Source: Pavona decussata
Taxonomy: Eukaryota
Assembly (NCBI GenBank): GCA_977016875.1
Contig: CDRNST010000048.1
Coordinates: 868,001 to 932,000 of the forward strand
Length of the DNA stretch: 64,000 nucleotides
Reading direction: 5' to 3'
The notes beneath the pieces are model-generated. The model searched no databases. It had not been told where the DNA came from and saw only the letters and a program-made list of their open reading frames with translations. The position numbers and the translations under genes were made by a program. This document shows positions 39,601-52,827 of the stretch, piece by piece (the first letter of the stretch is position 1; every line of letters begins with the position of its first letter).

Positions 39601-42024
39601 GATATTTATGAAAGCCATGCACTTCCTCCATGTCAATAAATAGTTCAGCGTATTACCTGTGGAACTTGCCGCCTTCTAATTATCTCCACCATGAGTTTTT
39701 GAGGCACAGATTCAAAGTTCTTGCTCATGATGATATTGTTGTAGTTTGCTTCTCGAACAATGAAACGAAGGCAGAAATCCTGCAACAAAAAACACAACAA
39801 TTAGCCAATTGGCCAATTTATCTGATCAACTCAATTGGTACAGCCGAATTCTCGTGTTTCACTTTGCCATCGACAAGGCAACGCAGTTTCTTTTGGGAAA
39901 AAAACTGCTTCACAAATGAAAACGTGTTATGATCAGCTGGTCGCATAGTCTGTGTATTACTGTTGGATTCCAGTAAGCTCTTGGTAAGATCCGAAAGATA
40001 CCTTTGTTTCAGGAAGTACCGCCCTTAAATAAATTTGTTTTGTAAATATTTACCAAACCTTGTGCGGGTTCAGCTGTAGCCGGGCGGCACTGTCCAGGGC
40101 CACAAGAACGTTTTCCTGACAGATTGAAGACTCGATATACTGCACACAAAGTGCCTCCAAAGAACCAATCTCAAGCTGTAGAAATAAGGGCAGACCTTTA
40201 GAAAGGACATGAAACGAACAAACGAAACTATATACTACATACTTTTAGGAGTCGAGATAGCTCCAAATCGGATTGCTTCAGGAATTATTTTACGCTCAAC
40301 TTCTTGAACATTTCTATGTGAGTGCTACCATGTGACTGATGCGATGGATGTTTTTTTTTTCATGCAATTTTTATAAGTTTCCAACGATATCTGATTTGCA
40401 GAGCGGAAAAACGTTGTGCGCATATCAGTTCGCGGGCTAACGTGATCCGTGAATAAGGAGCAAGCGCGATTTTTAACGAGATCGATAATAAAATCCCTGC
40501 AAAAAAAAAAAAAAATGTAAAATCCACTATGGATAAAAATTATGTACTTTGGCAAACCCAGTAATTAAAGATTAACTATATCCTTAGCCTTAAATATTCA
40601 GGGATTTGCTTCTGTAGCCGCATTTTGTAAAAAGGTCCATAACAATAATAGACCTGTATAGGCGATTTGTTTACACACCGCGGGAACATTGAGGGCTTTA
40701 AAGTCTTTAAAGTTTAAGAAGCCATAAGAAAATTAATGCACAGCAAGGATACATCTGCAGCTATCTTTTTTGTGAGAAAATTATCGCTTCTTACCGAGAT
40801 ACCTGCGGTAGCATAGTAATTTTTTTAAAATAACAACAATTTAATTGCCGCCATTTTTGGAAATTTTGGTGCCCCGCGTTCGTCCCCGCGCTTGCGCAGA
40901 GTTCGCGTTTGCGTTTTTCGGCTTTTAATATCTGACTATGACCGCACGTATGCCGCTAACCCTGACCTAGAAATTTTTCCTGTTACAAAAAAGACTAACG
41001 CAATTCTTTAATTTTCAGTAAAACTTAATACTGAAATAAGAATAATTTACCTTTAGAGCTAATCTGTAAACATCCATGATTAGACTGATGTCCTGCGAAC
41101 CTTGACAATCTGTTGAAACACACAGTATTGCTTTAAAAATACGTGTTTTTGCTATCAACAAGCCACACGCTCCTTTAAAACTTCAAGGGAACAAACGTTT
41201 AAAGTAAAATTTATTTACTAGTAAAGCATGTTTTCAATGATAGTTGAGGAAATGGTTGTAAGACTTTGCAAGCTGCACAGGCGATATAGAAGAACCAAAA
41301 TTGATGATGGAAAACCTGCAACGGTACATAATATCCTTAAGGTGGGTTGGATTGGCTGCATTCTGGAATAACAATACACACTTCGATCACTAAAAGTCCC
41401 ACATTAAAGTTATCTGGACTGCACGGAATGCAAACTCACTCTTGGATATCGTGTGCCATCAAACGGATGAACTTGAAGGAGTGAAAAATTTTCGATGTCT
41501 ACGGACGAACCGCGTCCATTTCTGTCGTAAAACTTCATCCTGAGGGAAATGGTACATCGACACACATTGTTCGGGGCCCCGTAAGCGCAATGAGTTCCCC
41601 CTTTCTTCTTAATTGCATTTTTCCTTCGAAGCCATAGTTGCCGCGTTTTATGATTTTATCACAGTTTCACACCATGTCACTGACATGTCACGCGCGAAAA
41701 GGAGCCATTTTCAAGCCGCTACATCGGATCTTTAACCTCGAAAAAGTTGGTTTTAGAAAGGCCGCAGGTTACTTCAATCGATCAGGGCTGATTTAAAACA
41801 CAATAAATCACTAAAAATTACAAAAACAAAAATTCATTTCATATGCACTTTAAGGCAAATTAAAATCACTAAAGCAAACAAAAGACTCGCTCTGTGAACA
41901 TTTGCTGACGTGTCAAACTAACTCTTCCGCATCCACGAGGGGAAAATTTACCCGACTGATAATACAAGATTACTTACATTGTTGGTGACTTGGAAGTCGA
42001 GATTGACCAAAAAAAAAAAAAAAA

Positions 42025-42061
<37 letters not shown>

Positions 42062-45000
42062 GCAAACAGGGAAGCTTTCACATCTCACAATAGAACGAAG
42101 GCTACACTGCTTCTATTGTGACTGCTACTGTGACAGGTAAAACAAAGTGGAATTTAATTTCCTTATTGTATTGAAATAATTTGATGAACACAGCACAGGT
42201 TCAACTGACATGGTTTGACCCCAATTGTTTTGGATTTACAGAAGTTTTGACATTTCTTTAGCTACTCGCCATGGTTTTCTCAGAATTGCATCTCAATTTA
42301 GACAAACCAAAACAGAAGAAGACATCCCATTGGACATTTTGGCGACTTTAAACATATCGTTCTAGCCAATAATATTCCTCGTTAGAATAATGACTCTGAT
42401 CTGGAAGAATTTTTAAATATTTGTTAACTTAAAAACTTGATCTTACGAGAGCCTCATTTTTATGCAAAGAAAACAAAACAGAAAAAATTACACACGCTTT
42501 ACTTGAGCTTCGAACGATTGCTTGGAGAATATGACAGCATAGTTTTGTATTCTGTTTTCCTCACTGGTACCAAAAGAGAGGATTGAAGCAGAAGACTTGG
42601 CATGTTTTCTTTGTATTTTCATATGATTTAAGGGCTTTCAGGAATATTTGGGGAAACAGTGTTTGATTTGCATGGATGCTTTAGGCTGAATATTTAATTT
42701 CAAAATCAATCCTACATGGCGTTTGTCTTTTATTTATTTTCGTCAGCGCACTAGAAACGTCATTTTGATCCGGCTAAAAGAGAGGGCCACAATTTTCCCA
42801 TCAAATGGAAAATTCCAGGCCAAATTTCTCACCGCTATTCCAATCGAAATATCTGAAGCGATTATATTGCAACGAAACGAATCATTTCAGTGTCCCGTGG
42901 TTCAGATTTTGGATTTTTTGGCCTTGGGCTGTTAGTATACCGTGTCTAATAACTTCTTTAATTTCTTTCTTTTTAGATTTGCGCTTTCGTTCCGCCGAGC
43001 CATGCAGTCGAGAAAGTACTGCAAAGGTCACTGAAAGGTAAATTATTTTAAACATGTATTATTCACTGAGACGTATTCAAAAGTTTCACTGGTGTTAAAA
43101 TTATTTACAGCATTAGGCTAAGTTTAAGCTTTATTCTCTATGGACTATTATACTTGCATAAAATAAAATCGGTGTTAGTATAAATCTTATTATCTTGTAA
43201 GTCAGTTTTGGTTTTAGGTGGAGCTTTTACGTTAAAACGAGTCGTCAGGGTAATTTCACAAGGCACCAAGTTTTACATCGCTACATATTTAATTTAAAAA
43301 GAAAAAACTCGTACTCAGTAAGACGAATCTATGTAAAAATAAAACTGACAGCCATGCTAGTACTTTCACTGCTTTTGAAGCAAACAATTTTATCAGCTCG
43401 AAAGCAAACATTTTACATTGCTCATGCTTAATTTAAAAAGAAATTCCATCTCAAAAAGACGAATCAATAAACGATATACAGTGAAACTGTTAGCCATGTT
43501 GGCGTAAACACTCTTTTAAAGCTAGGGTCACAATTAGCTTTTTGTAAATTTGCTAGAAATCGTGCATTTTTACATCGCTATATGCTCAATTTAAAAGAAA
43601 TTCCACCTCAGTAAGATAAAACAATGTACAAAATAAACGTTAGCCAAGCTCGGTTTTCAAAATTAGTAAATACAACCACGCTTAGCTTTTGTAAACAGTC
43701 TTTTAGCAGGTCGAAACGAACAAACGGGTTCTTAATTAACACAGTTTATTCTTAAACTGACCAAATAAACAGGAAATTCAGAGTTGGCCGTCGCTTGCAA
43801 TGGGGCGTCCAGCAATCTTCATCTATGTTCTTTTTCACCAATCACTTTAACGTTAAATTAGTTTGAAAATTCTGCCAATGTGTTCGTAAAACCCTTAGTT
43901 TCTTCCTTTAGCGATTGACACAGCTGAATATTATTCACAGTGTGCTCAATGTGTTCATTCGTTTTATTAAGCGGAGTTAAACGTTGATAGAAAAATACAA
44001 ACATATGTCAACACACCTAAGCCAACACCAGCCAGAACACGACCTTAATAACCAATTACAAGTAAATTGGACTGTTAGTCAAGAAAAACTGAGTACCTAG
44101 CGACAGAACACAATTATTGCAAAAGCCGTGGTTCAAAAGACAAAGAAATAAGGGTAAGGGAAGCCTTTTAACAGTGAGAATATTGCAACTTTGTATTTTT
44201 GTGTAGTGGAAAGATCGACCATTTTTGGGAAGGGTATGCAGTTAGGCTGCGAGAAAACCTCCTCAGGGAGGAAGCCCTAATACAAATGACCTCTCCAAGT
44301 TCAGTTTCCGGACGGAGGGAAACAAGAATATGGCTCACCGATTACTCTAATCTCAATCAACAGGTATTTTATTTAAGCAGTTTAAAATTATTTAGCCTTC
44401 CTTTTTTTTCTTTTCATAAAATGAAACAGTGATTTACGCCAATTTGGGAAGTACATCGTGGCAAAACATCATAGAAGATGCCCTCCTATTGGACGACTGA
44501 ATCAGGACCAAACAAACTGTGGGGGTGGGGATAGTGTTTTGAAGTTAGAATTAAAAACAAAGGTTTCGAAGAACTTGTTCTGACGAGAACCTAATTAAAC
44601 AAAACAAAATAGAGCTTCGTCAACTAAAACCTCTTCAAAAGTGACAAGGAAGGACTAACGAATCCGACACTGTAAGTTCTCGGCAGTTTTGTTGAATGTT
44701 ATTTGTGAAGGATTTCGTTGCTCTTTTTGAAGTAAATTCTAATTCTTTTTCTTTTCCTCTAATTTAGATTTCTGTTCTTATCCATACAACCAGGATCAGC
44801 GCTGAATTACTTCAAAGGTAGACGATTTTGATCTTTACTAGAATGCAGTTTAAGCAGCGCTTTTACGCTGAATTTAGTTTTTGCTCCTTTAACAGTAAAG
44901 AAAGTAGTTTTTTTTTCCTGCTTCGTGACTTTTAGAAACCAAATAACTCAATGCGTGTTCTAGTTTTTATGACGTATGGAGCTCCATTTGATTTTGGAAA

Positions 45001-45969
45001 ATGTATCGAGAGAGGTTACCATATTTGCTCAAAACTATCATTTCAGCTCTGATCGATAGAGGGCAGTTTTTCAGACAGGAAACGGTATTTAGTTTGACTT
45101 TCTTTACCTTATTCGCACATCTCGATGCAGTAAAAATGGCTTCTAGACAAACTGAACAAACATGGTACAAATTACTCCAGTATTATTCAGAATTTAACAG
45201 CACTCGGTTAAACAAAATCAGCGAAAAAAAAACAAGTCAGTTACAAAATTGTGATTATTAGGTTACACGGCAAATAGGTTTAAGCAAGTTTCAATCGGAA
45301 ACTTTACTGCTAATTCTGATAAAAAAGAGTACTTTTACGTGTAAATTTAATCCATCCTTGAGCATTAACTTGCAACATGAATACGTAAATTTAGTTGCTG
45401 ATTTTGCTATGTGTTAATAATTACGTAAACCTCTTATATAGATCCATTCACAGATTAAATAAGATTGAATCGTAAAAGCAATAAGAACTACGCAAGTAGG
45501 ATTTTGCATAATTTGGATCTTACGTATCAAATATCAACGTTTATTTCCCAAAAGCCGATTAAAAGAAGTGAATTGAAATTATATTTATTGAGAGCCGTGT
45601 AAAGACTTTAATACGCGACTTTACATTCAAAAGAAAAAAAATCGCAAGTGTATTATTCTGTTTCACAACCCACTTAACTAGAAACGGGTCTCAGTATGCA
45701 GCATTTTAATCAGTAAAAACAAACCCGAAACTTATTGCCACGTGAGCCATTTGTTCAATTGTCTATCAAACATTATGGATATTTGTACAGTTTCATACAT
45801 GTCATCAAACAAGTTTTTTTAATGTGTAAAACTTCTCAGAATACAATGCAAAACAAGGCAGAAAAAACAAAAGTGGGCACATCATTGGCTGAGCCATCTA
45901 AACTTGCTTCAACTTATAAGTTATCTACACAAAAGATTTTAAAATAGTCAAGGTTATCGGTAGATACAG

Positions 45970-46320
45970 AAATGCTCGGCTAATTTTGGAAGCCAACATG
46001 TTATGTGCTTTAAAACGTGTCTAGGACAAGTGTTTACTTTCAAGTCAATAGAGATGATTTAACCAATAGGAGTGCTTGGCTTATTTTGGAACCCAACATG
46101 TTATGAGCTTTAAAACGTGTTACTTTTTAGCCCACAAATAATTAACCAATAGGAGAGCTTCGCTTATTTTGGCACCCAACATGTTGTCAGCTTCAAAACG
46201 TGTCTAAAACAAGATTTTTACTTACAAGTCAACAAACAAAAAGTATAAAAGCTTCTGTAATAGTGAGAGGTGAATCAGTTTTCCTTCAGATGGTTGAAGC
46301 CGCACAAGCAAGATTGGTAG
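45970..46320 (+). promoter_or_regulatory. Candidate CTHRC1 copy 3 promoter (2 intact CCAAT units, TATAAAAG at 46244, TCAGTT at 46275)
   Basis: Canonical TATA about 33 nt upstream of the initiator A, followed by the same splice donor as in copies 1 and 2. Confidence 0.55.
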
Positions 46321-47001
46321 GTAATAGAACTATAGTTTTCCCCTTTACGTTTCTATAGTAAATTACATTTTTTTCTTGACAGAATTGAACTGAGTTCTTG
46401 TGCAATTAATTTGAAGATTTGTTAGCAAAATTCTTAATTCTTAATTCTTGCTAAATTAAATTTAGCAAGTACTTGAATTAGTCGTTTCTCGTGAAAATGT
46501 TTAGGTCGCTAAATTGAAGAACATTCCATAATGAGTTTAACTTAATTATGATAACAGAAATTAAATTACCAATAAATAGGAGTAATAACGCTTCAATCAC
46601 TTTATATCTTCATGATCAAAGTCAAAGGCAGCGGCTGATATTTAAAAGTTATTATCTGATATAACACAAGAATCGACGACTTAGTACCAACGGTTATGTG
46701 GTTGCTTTGCGTGTCTAATAATTAATTACAACCAAACACAAACTCAAAGTCAGCGGCTGATATTTAAAAGTTATTATCTGATATAACACAAGAAATCGAT
46801 GACTTAGTACCAACGGTTATGTGGTTGGTTTGCGTGTCTGATAATTACTTTAATTATTGTAACAAGGAAGCTCAATATCAAAAGCCTCATCATTTTCCCG
46901 TTTGGGCTCCTTGTAGTCCTTGTACTTTGATCATTTGTAGTTACTTATCTTTTTTCGTGGTGAATAAAACTGAGTTCGAGAATTCAATGTTCACAGATTG
47001 A

Positions 47002-48525
47002 ATGATGTCGAAACGTTGCCTGAATATACCGCTGACCATCATGCTGTGTGTACTGCTCTTACTGCTGATCGCCGTGTGTTCTGCGAATGACAACAGCAGC
47101 AGCAACAAACCACGTGACAACAAGGTGAGTTTGATGAACAGACTCTAGGCACAAACATACAACAGTCAGCTCCTTTGCTGCTGCCCACCAAAACAAAATA
47201 GGATTAAAAAAAGGAAAGAGTTACTGGTTACACTACACTTCAAATTGCATTTAACAATTATAATCAGCTACTTGAAATTGTTCCAGTGAACAACATTTAA
47301 AATACAATTAAAAAGTTAAAAAATAAAACTCATTGAAAACGCAATTAAGAAACCAATCAAAATATGTACATAACAATATTCAGAACTCAACACAAGTAGC
47401 ATAAAAGAGAATTTTTAACTTATTCATTCAGGGCACTCCTCAACAGACGTCATCATATGGGTCTTGTGGTCACAGTACATGTTTCTGCGCACCAGGAATT
47501 CCAGGTATCCCAGGAAGCCCTGGACCCGCAGGACCAGCAGGTGCCGCGGGATCACCCGGTAATCACGGACCTGAAGGACCTATGGGCCCTCGAGGAAACA
47601 AGGGCGATGAAGGCCCTAGTGGAAGACGAGGTACTTCAGGCCTTAAAGGTGCTCAAGGACCCCGTGGACCACCGGGTCCTACTGGAAAGAAAGGCAAAGC
47701 AGGTACCCGTGGTAACCAAGGCCCCCCTGGCCCCAAGGGACAACAAGGATCCTCTGGCCCACCAGGTTCACTTGGAAACAAGGGTGATACAGGTGCTGGT
47801 GGAATTCAAGGTCCCCCAGGGCCCAAAGGAGCTCTAGGGTCTGTTGTGCGTAACTGGAAACAGTGCGTTTTTAAGAAGCTGGATGATGGAAGGGACTCTG
47901 GATTGATTAAGGTAAAAGCTGAATTTTGAACTTTATATTAAATCCAAAGCTAAAGGCAACGTTATTACGTTTCTATGAATACTAAGAATACTAACATCCA
48001 GTCTAACCTAGTTCAAGGTATAACTTACGCTGGCCGCCTTATGACGTTGTTTCGCACGGATGCATTTATACGATTAAACTGCACGACTATAATATCTTTA
48101 TATGAAAGCTCATGGTTTCCATTTCAGTGCTGTTGTTGATTGATTTTTTTCCCTCGTTTTTGCAGGAATGTGTTTTTAAGAAGATATCTGCCAAAACAGG
48201 GCTGCGTGTCTTCTGGAGTGGAACTCTTCGCATCTACAACTGCCATGGGTGCTGCAGACGATGGTATTTCACCTTCAATGGTGCAGAGTGCTCAGCTCCA
48301 GCAGCCATTGATGGTGTAGTGTACATGGTATATGGAAGTAGCGCCAAAAAGAATTTACATCGAGTGAGGCAAATCGAAGGAGTCTGTGAGAAAGTCCACA
48401 AGGGCACTGTGCGTGTGGGATTCTGGGTCGGTAATTGTGCTGGTTATGGATCGGCAGATGCATACACAGGCTGGAAGTCAGTGTCCCGGATCTACGTGGA
48501 AGAAGTATCACCCCCACAGGCTTAA
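47002..48525 (+). CDS. CTHRC1: CTHRC1-like, copy 3 (320 aa); exons 47002-47124, 47432-47911, 48166-48525
   Basis: Same structure and exon lengths (123/480/360) as copy 1, with intact splice sites and an open frame. Confidence 0.95.
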
Positions 48526-50922
48526 AAAGAGCAAATTTTCATTTTTCTTTTTCTAAATTTAAGGTGCTTGGTATATTCCTACTGCAAACTGAATGATGGC
48601 TTAATTTAAAAAGTGTTAGAATCTGAATTTTAGCTTATGATAACAAACTTGAAGTTTATTTTGACAATCAAAACAGGCGTTTAATTTTTGAAGCTTCAAA
48701 GGTGTAGGGAATAACGGAAATTTTATTCGGCAGCAATGTATCAGGGGCAATATGCAATAAAAGTGAGGTACCAATAAATAATACACTGTGTTGTGTGAAT
48801 TTCTTACGGTGCTAGTTTCCTTGCTACAGAGTTGGAGTTTACAGGTTCTTACTATCTTTTTCTGAAACATACCCTGAAGAAAAAAGGCCGTGCCTTTCGA
48901 AATATTGAAAAATTATACTTCCTTGACCATGAAATCAGCCTTGCTCTTTTTTTTTTTAGATGATTTGTTCTACAATGTTTTGCTGATTACATCCTTTACT
49001 ACAGGATCCGGTACCTTTATTTTGTTGTTTGTTGTGGTCCTTGCAAACACAGTTAATTAGTGGTTTTTACTCATTGTTTTTCTTGGTTTTTATGGTTACA
49101 ATGTCACATTTAAAGTACATATGCCTCCCCCCCCCCACCCCCCTTTTTTATTTGCTTGATAAAATGTTGATGTTGTTTTCGAATGAAAATGGAAACAAAA
49201 TCCTTATCAAGTTTTCTTCCCCATTTAAAAGTCACTTCCGGCTTGGTGCGGTGTTGTTACTACAGCGGTTTCTCTATTCCTCAGTTGTTTCATTCTGATT
49301 ATTCAACAATCCAATTCATATTTTCGTCCACAACTGAGTTTTCTTCCTCTGCATACGAAAAGCAATTGAGGAATAGAGAAATCGTGTGATAAGCGTTCCT
49401 TTATTGACGTCACATCCCTACTATCCCCAGTCTCCCGTCTTGCACGGTATTGTACCCAACCGGAAGTGAAATTTCTCAATTTTATACGCCTCAAACGCAG
49501 CGACGAAAACTTGATAAGAATTTTTTTATTTCATCCGGGAACAACATGAAGATTTTATCAGGAACAATTCATATACACTTTAACTTCCAAACGTGTGGAT
49601 ATCTAATTTTACGTAGTTAATAAACAAAAGCAAAATCTCGGCTACTTGGCCTTTTTAAAACTGTCGTAAATCTTTTCACAATAAGAACACTTTTTACTGC
49701 ACTAGAACCACTGATAAAATATTTCAATCGGATTTTACGGGCGGTAAAAAAAATATTTTCCCCTTTACAGTTTTACACTGTGCGTTATTGGATTTATAAA
49801 TAATAACAAAAAAAACATTCTCATTGACGTTTTGCTCTTTATCTGCCTCAGTTTTTACCCATTGTGATACGTAAAGCTCTTACCCCTTGACTTTCACTAA
49901 ATTAAAAGCAAGTACACTGCAAGATAATTTCAGGGTCCCAAAGGAGGGATGTTAAGGGCTCCAGAATTACCGTGGATTCCGAAACCCACTGAGTCTTTCG
50001 TTACCTGGAGCCTTGACAAAAGTACTGAGTAAAGTTATGGAGCTCTGGAGTCCCGAGTCTTTTTAATTTTTATTTACTTTCCCTTGGTTGGGTGGGGGGG
50101 GGGGGGGGGGGGGCTGAGCCTAAACGCCTTTAAGACCTTGAAGTTTGGTGTGTGAACCAGCCTTTGACACGTAAAACAACAGAAATGTTGAGCAGGATTT
50201 TCAACACGATCAAGTTAATTTGTTTACAGAGCGAATTGTTTCTTCTCATCCTGTCATACACAAAATCCAGATCTTTAGGCCACCTATCGAAGCAAGCGGT
50301 TTTCATGCGCCTTACATTAGTAGGACGCAAAATTGGTATGTCTCGCTGATCAGTACGCTCAGCTATAGCTGAGCTGTATTAGCCGATCTCGTTTGGACGT
50401 CTTATTACGGTCACAAGCTTCCAGGGCCCTTATTCTCTTCCGCACCAACTTCCTCGCGAGGACAAGAGAGTGGTGTCACAATTTTGACCTTACCGGGCGG
50501 TTGTTGTCTGAAATCGTGGGGTGATAAAAAGCACCTCACCCCTGACTCACTGGGGCTCAATTTGTCTGTGGATCCCAGTACTGATCGCTTTTTTGATCCG
50601 TGTTTCGTTGACTACGAATATTTTATAATTGGTTCCCTTGTACTTAAAACAAGTTTCATTTCCTATCCAACGAAGCGTTAGAATTCACCACCAACAGTGC
50701 ATGGAGGCTATTGTTCTTCATGGCAACTCGGAAAACCGGTTCCACGATTGGCGTGTGTCTACATAAATTTTGGCACTTCTCTAATGGTCTTTGCAGCTTG
50801 CAAATTTTACAACCATTTCCTCGACTATGATTCACCTGTAGAAGTCTTGTACGATTTACAAAACTCTTCCCTTTTAATATAAAGTGTGACTGTATAAATG
50901 AGTCAGTCTGTGGTTTATTTGA

Positions 50923-51097
50923 CCCTTTCAGCCCTAACAGTGATCAGCATCAAATTTCTCCTTGTAATGTCTATGCTTATTCAACCCCTGAGGTCATGAG
51001 AATTAAGGATATGATCACCCAAGGTGAATTTTCCTTTACAAGAAAAGTATGGGGACAAGATAAGAGAATTTGGTTTTTGATATTAGGGGTTAAAGGG
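50923..51097. mobile_element. piggyBac-like MITE (175 bp)
   Basis: TTGA|CCCTTTCAGCCCTAA...TTAGGGGTTAAAGGG|TTAA. Absent in unit 2. Confidence 0.8.
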
Positions 51098-52446
51098 TTA
51101 AGGTCAAGTCTTACCTTTTACCAAGGGAAATAAACACAATCTGTATACAAGTACCGCAAAGTGACCGCAAAAGACTGGACCTCAACTTCAGGCAACCTAT
51201 AACTTCCAGTTTATCTTCCTCTTCTTCATGTTGTCTTTCCCGATTTGATGTCTAAAGGCATTTAAGAAAATGGTGTTTCAGTACTATTTATCAATTGCTT
51301 TGTTTTAGATAAATGGAAAATTTCCTTGCTTTTGACAATGATGAATCGTGATGGTCACAAAATTTGGTTGGAAAGCTGTTTAAGGGGTACTTGTGAGGTC
51401 TTTGTGTAAGAATGGATCCACTGATTTGAGGGAAGTGGAGACCGTTTATTGCGTAGACTGTTACAGCTGATTCACAATACAGGTTTCATACTTTGAAAAA
51501 AAAAGTTTCGTCACGGGAAAAGTGAAGAATACACTTAAGACTAATTTACACAAACCGATTAATCGGACCGATTTGACAAAGAAAATGAGTAAGCGGACGA
51601 AAATCGACCGGTTTATAAAAATCAGTGGCAGAGCTACAGATTTTTGGAATCAGGCCGATTATCACCCCACACTTCACCAACAGAGAAAGAAATCAGCCGA
51701 CAAATTGCAATCTGTAAATTGACCCATGCGACTTGAAGGGGAAGTATCACGCAAATTTACTGTCATTTCAAAAAACCCAAAAATGTTTGTCTGTCAGCAG
51801 TAACGATGAAATAATGTTCAGGTTTGTTATAAATTATCTCCCCAGTGCAATAAAACTGTCGATTAGTGCCTCTGGCCAGAGACAGAGTAGGCCAGTATGG
51901 ATTGAAACTTGAAAAATGTTAGGCTAACGTTTTTCAAGTTCTCGCATTTTTGTTTCGAAAATGCGCTAGAATTGATCACGACTTTTTTCCTTTCAGGAAT
52001 TGAGTTGATTTCGTTCCTCTCGTCATTCTAGAGTTATTTGGCAGCTGATTGAAGGTCTTATTTTCATCATTTTTAACAAAAAATACCAAAAACCCCATGA
52101 TACTTCCCCTTTTAGCCTACTAATCAGGCTGATAAATCGGTAAGTGTAAATTAGCCTTTATACTACTTAGTACAAAGAAAGGATTTTTGGTATCTTACAT
52201 GCATGACTGTGAGCTAAAGACCAGAAAACATATCAATAGAAGTAGAATTGTCGCACCTGTAGTCTTTCTCTCGTTCGGAGCAGCTGTGTTCTTAACCGAA
52301 GGCGACCTGGCCGCCACAAAAGCCGCATGACCCGGGAACCGAGTCCATTCCTGAAAAGAGAATAAGTGAAGTTGTTGTAACAGCCATTGCATAAGCTCTG
52401 TCGTTGGAAAGTTTTTGAAAGCTAATTTTAAGCTAATAGTACTTAA

Positions 52447-52522
52447 GGACGGTGCCTACTTTTGTTACTGCGCATACGTTCTGTGCATCTCGAGATACTC
52501 GGGTTTCCTGAGGGCGGTAACA

Positions 52523-52559
<37 letters not shown>

Positions 52560-52709
52560 GCTGAGAAAGCTGATATAACAAGTGCTCTTGGTATCCGAAA
52601 AGACAATTTTGCATTTTTCAGAGATAATAAAACTTCAATTTGGAAAAACGCCATACATTGCTTCGTATTTTTCTGTTTTTTTAGAATAATTGTTACTTAA
52701 TTATCTCTA

Positions 52710-52753
<44 letters not shown>

Positions 52754-52827
52754 CCCTTGCTAAGATCTGCTTTCCCTGCATGGTCATAAACAACACAAAA
52801 ATACTTCTTCATTATTAGGCACCGTCC
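52447..52827. mobile_element. GGACGGTGCC-family MITE with TTAA TSD (truncated paralogue ~29418-29573)
   Basis: TTAA|GGACGGTGCCTA...TAGGCACCGTCC|TTAA. Confidence 0.85.

Larger units (their letters stand above)
32802..41109 (-). pseudogene. LZTR1: 5'-truncated LZTR1 duplicate B, 12 exons, frame intact
   Basis: Exons 41109-41051, 40175-40059, 39779-39657, 38423-38375, 38290-38184, 37015-36993, 36744-36693, 36060-35963, 34658-34607, 34509-34456, 33834-33754, 32909-32802. Nearly identical to copy A, with missense differences ISQ>ICQ, NPLK>NPHK and FFGF>FFDF. Confidence 0.85.
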
